From positions 1 through 40,946 of the forward strand of contig QMXD01000003.1 in the NCBI GenBank assembly GCA_003661965.1: DNA of 40,946 nucleotides. Direction: 5' to 3'. The position numbers and the translations under genes are program-made. Within the stretch, counting starts at the first letter, position 1; the number at the start of each line of letters is the position of its first letter. The DNA comes from Candidatus Hecatellales archaeon (lineage in GTDB: Archaea; Thermoproteota; Bathyarchaeia; Hecatellales; Hecatellaceae). A model generated the notes under the pieces. The model was not told the DNA's origin. It did no database searches and worked only from the letters and a program-made list of their open reading frames with translations. Below are positions 35,015 through 40,946 of this stretch, piece by piece.

Positions 35015-35518
35015 ATGAAGGGGAACGACTACAAAATTCCAAGTGGTATGCCTTACGTTAGAAGAGAATATATTAAGGGTCCCCCCCAACCAAAAATAAC
35101 AAAGTTTGTTATGGGGGACTCTAAAGGAAAATTCCCCATAAAGGTTAAACTTATCTCTGAAAGAAAGGTTCAAATTACCCATAATGCTCTTGAGGCTGCA
35201 CGTGTAGCAATAAATAAGGCTTTAGCAGATAAGCTTGGTGAAAAAGGCTATTGTCTAAAAATCCTTGTATATCCACATGTCGTTCTTAGAGAAAACAAGA
35301 TGATGGCTTTTGCAGGTGCTGACAGGATTCAGGAAGGTATGCGTAGAGCATTCGGTAAACCTGTAGGTTTAGCTGCAAGAGTAAAACCTGGACAACCCAT
35401 AATCGAGGTTAATGTTAACCCTGAAGGTGTTGAGGTGGCAAAAGCATCCCTACGTTTTGGTGCAAGTAAGCTTCCAACCCCATGCCTAATCCAGATTGAG
35501 GAAAACAAACAAAACTAG
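35015..35518 (+). CDS. rpl10e: 50S ribosomal protein L10e (uL16)
   Basis: REYIKGPPQPKITKF, ALEAARV, YPHVVLRENK, GADRIQEGMRRAFGKP; ATG 35015 preferred over GTG 34985. Confidence 0.96.
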   Translation: MKGNDYKIPSGMPYVRREYIKGPPQPKITKFVMGDSKGKFPIKVKLISERKVQITHNALEAARVAINKALADKLGEKGYCLKILVYPHVVLRENKMMAFAGADRIQEGMRRAFGKPVGLAARVKPGQPIIEVNVNPEGVEVAKASLRFGASKLPTPCLIQIEENKQN

Positions 35519-35550
35519 CCTATTTTTCCTAGGGTTTAGGCGTAGGTTGG

Positions 35551-36519
35551 ATGTATCAGTTTGAAACAGAAAAGGTTGTAGAGTCGATATTAAAGGGTAA
35601 ATTTAAAAAGGTTTTAATTCAGCTTCCAGACGGCTTAAAACCGTATGCGGTAAGTTTAGCTAAAGAGATTAGCAAGAAAACAAACGTTAAGGTTTATGTT
35701 TCTGGGGAGCCTTGTTATGGTGCATGCGACCTAGCTCTCCAAGAAGCTGAAAGTTTAGGTGTAGACCTTATAATCCACTATGGGCATTCCGAGTTTCCTT
35801 TAAACCCTAAACCTAAAATAGATGTTGTTTATGTGGAGGTAAAATCAAATATTGAGGTTCTTCCTGTTGTTGAGAAGGCTTTACCCTTTCTTAAAAACTA
35901 TAAACGGATAGGTTTGGTTACAAACATTCAACATGTCCATAAAATTGTTGAGGTTAAAGGTTTTCTTGAGGGGAAGGATAAAAAGGTTTTTGTAGGTTCT
36001 GCTGGTGGACTTGTAAAACATGATGGACAGATTCTTGGCTGCGACTATACAACAGCTGAAAAGGTTAAGGATATGGTTGATGTTTTCCTATATTTTGGTG
36101 GAGGAAAATTTCATCCATTAGGAGTTTTCTTTTCAACAAAAAAACCTGTTGTTGCTGCAGACCCATACACAGGTGAAGTTTTAGATTTAAAAGGGTTAGG
36201 TGAAAAAATTTTAAAGCAAAGAAAAGCTTTTTTAGCAAAACTTTTTCAGGCGGAAAACGTAGGGATTATTGTTGGCTTAAAGCCTGGTCAGCTAAACCTT
36301 GGTTTAGCTGAGGAGCTTCAGCAAAGGCTTAAGGAGATGGGTAAACATCCAACCCTTATTTGTCTTAGGGAAATAGACTCTAAATCTCTTGATAATTTTC
36401 CTCAGATTGATGTTTTTCTTAATACAGCATGTCCAAGGGTTGGTTTTGATGATGCTTTCCGATACAGTAAACCAGTAGTTTCAGCTAGAGAGTTTTTAGA
36501 GGCTGTTAAAGAAGCCTAA
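35551..36519 (+). CDS. dph2: Diphthamide biosynthesis enzyme Dph2
   Basis: IQLPDGLK, CYGACD, HYGH, GQILGCD, ACPR (three Fe-S Cys). Confidence 0.95.
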   Translation: MYQFETEKVVESILKGKFKKVLIQLPDGLKPYAVSLAKEISKKTNVKVYVSGEPCYGACDLALQEAESLGVDLIIHYGHSEFPLNPKPKIDVVYVEVKSNIEVLPVVEKALPFLKNYKRIGLVTNIQHVHKIVEVKGFLEGKDKKVFVGSAGGLVKHDGQILGCDYTTAEKVKDMVDVFLYFGGGKFHPLGVFFSTKKPVVAADPYTGEVLDLKGLGEKILKQRKAFLAKLFQAENVGIIVGLKPGQLNLGLAEELQQRLKEMGKHPTLICLREIDSKSLDNFPQIDVFLNTACPRVGFDDAFRYSKPVVSAREFLEAVKEA

Positions 36520-36531
36520 CGGTGTTCTAGA

Positions 36532-37161
36532 TTGTTAAGAATGATTAGGAGAAAGGAGCTTGAAATCCTACTTACAAGGGTTAAGCCTCACCCTAAACCA
36601 AAGGTTCTTATGGAGCAGTATCAAACCCCACCAAACGTTGCTGCAAACCTTCTCTATATGGCAGCCTACACCTTTAACGACATTATAGGTAAAACCGTTT
36701 GCGACCTTGGTTGTGGTTGTGGAATGTTAGCTATAGGTGCAGCCTATCTTGGGGCTGAAAAAGTTGTTGGGATAGATTTAGACCCTTTAGCAGTTTCAAC
36801 AGCAAAAGATAACGCTAGAAAGTTTGGTTTGGATGTTGATTGGATTGTTGGAGATATAGGATTGTTAAAGGGGAGGTTTGATACAGTTATCCAAAATCCC
36901 CCTTTTGGAGTTAAAAAACATGGTGTAGACTTAAGGTTTCTTGAGAAGGCTTTATCTTTAGCTGACACGGTTTATAGTATCCATAAGAGTGGGGAGAAAA
37001 ACAGAAGGTTTATAGAGAAAACAGTAACTAAAAAGTTTGGTGGTAGAGTTACAAACGTGGTTGAAACAGTAATTGTTATCTCCCACATTTTCAGTTTTCA
37101 TAAAAAACCAAAACATAAGGTGAAGGTTGATATCTATAGGATAGTGAAAAGCTATGGATAG
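36532..37161 (+). CDS. METTL5-like SAM-dependent RNA methyltransferase
   Basis: [29 protein letters not shown]. Confidence 0.9.
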   Translation: MLRMIRRKELEILLTRVKPHPKPKVLMEQYQTPPNVAANLLYMAAYTFNDIIGKTVCDLGCGCGMLAIGAAYLGAEKVVGIDLDPLAVSTAKDNARKFGLDVDWIVGDIGLLKGRFDTVIQNPPFGVKKHGVDLRFLEKALSLADTVYSIHKSGEKNRRFIEKTVTKKFGGRVTNVVETVIVISHIFSFHKKPKHKVKVDIYRIVKSYG

Positions 37162-37723
37162 GAAAGAAAAACTTGTTCAGCCTGTTACCCCTGGAGATAA
37201 GCTTGGGGTTATAGAGGAGTATGCACCTGGAAACGGAACCTATGTTAACAACGGTGTTATTTATGCTAAACAGGTTGGTTATGCTATGGTTAATAAAGAA
37301 AGTAAAAAGATAGAGGTTATGCCAAAAACAAGAATACCCTTTTTCCCTGCTAAAGGTCAAAAGGTTTTGGGTAGGGTTCAACATGTAGAGGATAAGTTTG
37401 CTATGGTTAAAGTGTTTAAGGTTAACGGTTTCGAGCTAAAATCACCGTTTACAGCTGTTATACATGTCTCCTTTATAAGCCGTTTTTTCACAAAAACTGT
37501 TTATGATGCCTTTAAGCCTGGAGACCTTATCTACGCCCAAATCATTGGAGACAAAAATCAGCCTTTCCAGCTTACAACAGCAGCAAAAGATTTAGGTGTT
37601 TTGGAGGCTTACTGCTCTAATTGTGGTGAGCTTATGATTCTAGATAAAAAACAGTTAAAATGTCCAAAATGTGGAAGTGTGGAAAAAAGAAAGATAAGTG
37701 AGTTTTATGGGAGGAAGGTGTAA
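37154..37723 (+). CDS. csl4: Exosome RNA-binding cap subunit Csl4
   Basis: [21 protein letters not shown]1 domain, CSNCG/CPKCG Zn ribbon, EKRKIS. Confidence 0.93.
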   Translation: MDRKEKLVQPVTPGDKLGVIEEYAPGNGTYVNNGVIYAKQVGYAMVNKESKKIEVMPKTRIPFFPAKGQKVLGRVQHVEDKFAMVKVFKVNGFELKSPFTAVIHVSFISRFFTKTVYDAFKPGDLIYAQIIGDKNQPFQLTTAAKDLGVLEAYCSNCGELMILDKKQLKCPKCGSVEKRKISEFYGRKV

Positions 37724-37726
37724 ACT

Positions 37727-38029
37727 ATGAAAGTTATTCTTGTTAAAAAAACAGAAAACGAGTTAAGGTTTGAGGTTCAGGATGAAACCCATACACTCTT
37801 AAACCTTCTCCAAAAAACCCTCCTAAAAAATAGTGCTGTTGAACTTGCTGGTTACACGATTCCCCATAGACTTGTAGGTTCAGCCGTCTTTTATGTTAAA
37901 ACTAATGGGGAGGAAAAACCTGTTCAAAGCATTTTAAAAGCTTCAAAAGAAATTATGGCTGAGGCTGAAGAGTTTAGAAAGGTTTTTGAGAATGCTGTAA
38001 AAGAATACGAGAAAAGTCATCCCACCTAA
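37727..38029 (+). CDS. rpo11: RNA polymerase subunit Rpo11 (RpoL)
   Basis: ETHTLLNLL, AGYTIPH; follows csl4. Confidence 0.9.
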   Translation: MKVILVKKTENELRFEVQDETHTLLNLLQKTLLKNSAVELAGYTIPHRLVGSAVFYVKTNGEEKPVQSILKASKEIMAEAEEFRKVFENAVKEYEKSHPT

Positions 38030-38577
38030 ACTTCCTCTAAAATTTTTAATGCCTCCTCAAGGTTTACTATCCTAGCCTTATAAAAGGTTTTCATATAGTT
38101 TAGTCCCCACTCATGGTCCTGCTGAGTAAAAGCATCGACACAATCCTCCGGAACAATAATACCATAACCGTTTAAATATCCGTCACATGCAGTATGTTTT
38201 ACACAACAATTTGTATGAAGCCCCGTCAAAATCAACGTTTCAACCTTAAGTTCTCTAAGTAGTAGGTCTAGATCTGTCTGGAAAAATCCACTATACCTCC
38301 TTTTAGAGACAATAAAGTCTTCTGGTTTAGGTTTTAATTCCTCAATAACCTTTGCTCCCTCTGTCCCTACCACCGCATGGGGACCCCAAATATCAAACTC
38401 TTTATCCACGTTTGGAAGATGGGCGTCGTTTACATAGATACATGGAACCTTTTTTTCGTGGGCTTTATCCAGAAGCCTTTTAATGTTTGGAATTATTCTT
38501 TCTGCTCTCTCACATTTTAAAGCTCCCTTAACAAAATCATTCAGCATATCAATAACCAAAACAGCAACCTTAACCAT
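38026..38577 (-). CDS. Isochorismatase-family cysteine hydrolase (nicotinamidase-like)
   Basis: VIDMLNDF, DAH, HAVVGT, KRRYSGF, GLHTNCCV; ATG 38577 preferred. Confidence 0.9.
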   Translation of the reverse strand: MVKVAVLVIDMLNDFVKGALKCERAERIIPNIKRLLDKAHEKKVPCIYVNDAHLPNVDKEFDIWGPHAVVGTEGAKVIEELKPKPEDFIVSKRRYSGFFQTDLDLLLRELKVETLILTGLHTNCCVKHTACDGYLNGYGIIVPEDCVDAFTQQDHEWGLNYMKTFYKARIVNLEEALKILEEV

Positions 38578-38591
38578 CCTACACCACCAAC

Positions 38592-39626
38592 CTACCCAAA
38601 CCATGTTTCCAAGGTTCCTCTTGCCCTAGTCTCGGTGTAAGCTGAAACCATTTTTTCAACAGCCTTCCTAACCCTATCCTCCGAAAAATCTCTTTCACTA
38701 CACAAAAACCTTACAACACCCTCAACATTAGGAGGCTTCCATTCAAGCCTATACTCATCTGTTACATCAGGCTTCAAAAAAATCTCCCTAATTTTTGCAG
38801 GCTCCTCCGGAAAACTTCCAGCTGGAAGTTTTGGTAAAACATTTTCAATACATTTTCCTTCCCTTATAAGTTTTAAGGCTGTTTTAGGTCCAACACCCTT
38901 AACACCATCAGGATTAAAATCTGTTCCAATAAGAATACCAACATCTATCAACTGCTCTCTTGTTAATTTAAGCTCACCCAAAACCTGCTCCAACTCGATA
39001 ATTTCAGGGTTAACCTCAATATAAGCCTTCTTTCTTGGAAGCTTCCTTTTCCCTGTTATTGTAAGGTTTCTAACAAGTCTTGGTGTTCCAAAAAGAAGCG
39101 AATCATAGTCTTGGCTTGCGGTAGCCCAAACATCACCTTTAATGGCTAGGTAGGCTGCTTGAGCCTCCCCCTCAGAGGGGGCTTGAACCCATGGAATACC
39201 AAGCAAATCTAAAAGCCTTTTAGCATCCTCAACCATGTAGTCTTCAAGCTTAGAAGTCATTTGAGCGTAAATTCTAGCCTCTTCAAAGTCTCCTCTCTCC
39301 AAAGCCTCCTCATATTTTATTGCAGCCTCCTCTTTAACGGTTCTTCTACGTTCAATCTCAGCAGCCTTAAGTGAAGGAGGCTTTCCATCAAAAACATAAA
39401 CAAGCCTTATCCCAAGCTCAACAAGATTCGAATTCCTATAGAGTAAACCGCTAAGATGGCTTGTTATTCTTCCACATCTATCAACCAAAGGTTCTCCTGT
39501 AGGCTGCCTAATTATCGCTAAAAACTGGTAAAGCGCATTATAGGCATCAACAGCCAAAGTTTTTCCTTTAAGATACTCTAAATCAACAACCTTTTTTGGA
39601 ACTATATCTTTAAGGTTTACTCCCAA
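38592..39626 (-). CDS. fen: Flap endonuclease 1
   Basis: MGVNL, AVDAYNALYQFLAIIR, VFDGKPP, EGEAQAA, SQDYDSLLFG, GTDFN. Confidence 0.97.
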   Translation of the reverse strand: MGVNLKDIVPKKVVDLEYLKGKTLAVDAYNALYQFLAIIRQPTGEPLVDRCGRITSHLSGLLYRNSNLVELGIRLVYVFDGKPPSLKAAEIERRRTVKEEAAIKYEEALERGDFEEARIYAQMTSKLEDYMVEDAKRLLDLLGIPWVQAPSEGEAQAAYLAIKGDVWATASQDYDSLLFGTPRLVRNLTITGKRKLPRKKAYIEVNPEIIELEQVLGELKLTREQLIDVGILIGTDFNPDGVKGVGPKTALKLIREGKCIENVLPKLPAGSFPEEPAKIREIFLKPDVTDEYRLEWKPPNVEGVVRFLCSERDFSEDRVRKAVEKMVSAYTETRARGTLETWFG

Positions 39627-39680
39627 CTCTACTCAAGTAAACCTTTCGTTCAGCTAACATTTAAGGTTTAAACAAGACTT

Positions 39681-39908
39681 CTACTGTCTCTTTATAAACT
39701 CTATCTTTTTCCTACCCTTAGTTGTGTTTGTTACACGAATAAGACCGCGAATCTCAAGCTTAAGCAAAACCTTATTTAAGGTGTCAGGTGTAACCTCAAC
39801 TTCTCTTCTTAAACTTCTTAAAAGCTCCGTATCATCACAAGAACCAAGACTACTTAAAGTTTCTATCACAAGATTATGAAGGGGAACAGGTCTCCAAACT
39901 TTACCCAA
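39681..39908 (-). CDS. Small winged-helix protein (75 aa) between cdc48 and fen1
   Basis: LNKVLLKLEIRGLIRV recognition helix and wing; co-oriented with flanking genes. Confidence 0.78.
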   Translation of the reverse strand: MGKVWRPVPLHNLVIETLSSLGSCDDTELLRSLRREVEVTPDTLNKVLLKLEIRGLIRVTNTTKGRKKIEFIKRQ

Positions 39909-39953
39909 AACCTACACCAACAACAAAAATTTTTTAAGGTTAAGGTTAGACTG

Positions 39954-40946
<993 letters not shown>

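Noticed and set aside
404-37384. About 30 short antisense or off-frame ORFs in the track (for example 404..607, 1791..2069, 3390..3797, 5544..5837, 14023..14394, 23527..24039, 26464..26859, 31196..31624, 33094..33300, 36744..36968, 37091..37384)
   Set aside because: They lie wholly within well-supported genes, have S/F/L-rich shadow composition and no recognisable motifs
14027-38604. Upstream starts given by the ORF track (14027, 18433, 24988, 25141, 26914, 29004, 33254, 34985, 38604)
   Set aside because: The extensions overlap neighbours or promoters and lack family-like sequence; downstream starts with better spacing or SD were used

Overview
AT-rich archaeal chromosomal window, most likely TACK and Bathyarchaeia-like (inferred from gene content, gene order and GGTGG/GAGGTG Shine-Dalgarno sites; not confirmed by any search). 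It is mostly housekeeping: a partial AmmeMemoRadiSam-type radical SAM gene, a frameshifted acyl-CoA dehydrogenase, Lhr helicase, A-type ATP synthase F/A/B, gatE, ilvB, the pus10-rpl21e-rpo4-DUF655-rsmA-HemK2 cluster, and dcd, rpl10e, dph2, METTL5-like, csl4, rpo11, fen1 and cdc48 (partial). Three regions stand out. (1) A 3.2 kb accessory module at 31.1-34.3 kb: a secreted, membrane-anchored FmdE-domain protein converges on an operon of an unannotated 54-aa peptide, a radical SAM/twitch enzyme and an ECF-S-like membrane protein. Both promoters share an exact 15-bp motif exactly 49 nt before the start codon, plus a second GTAA half-site 21 bp upstream, suggesting a co-regulated, possibly metal-responsive peptide-modification and uptake system. 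(2) A five-gene trehalose cluster (CBS protein, TreT, a second GT4, T6P phosphatase, GalT-like nucleotidyltransferase) with no canonical OtsA in the window. (3) A seven-gene DSB-repair operon in which three paralogous winged-helix proteins precede nurA-herA-mre11-rad50, and rad50 has no ATG/GTG/TTG before its Walker A (probable ACG start). Window-wide, TTG starts are frequent and synonymous codon choice alternates in G/T-rich and A/C-rich patches. No rRNA, tRNA, CRISPR array, transposase or intein was seen. All family calls come from motif recognition only.
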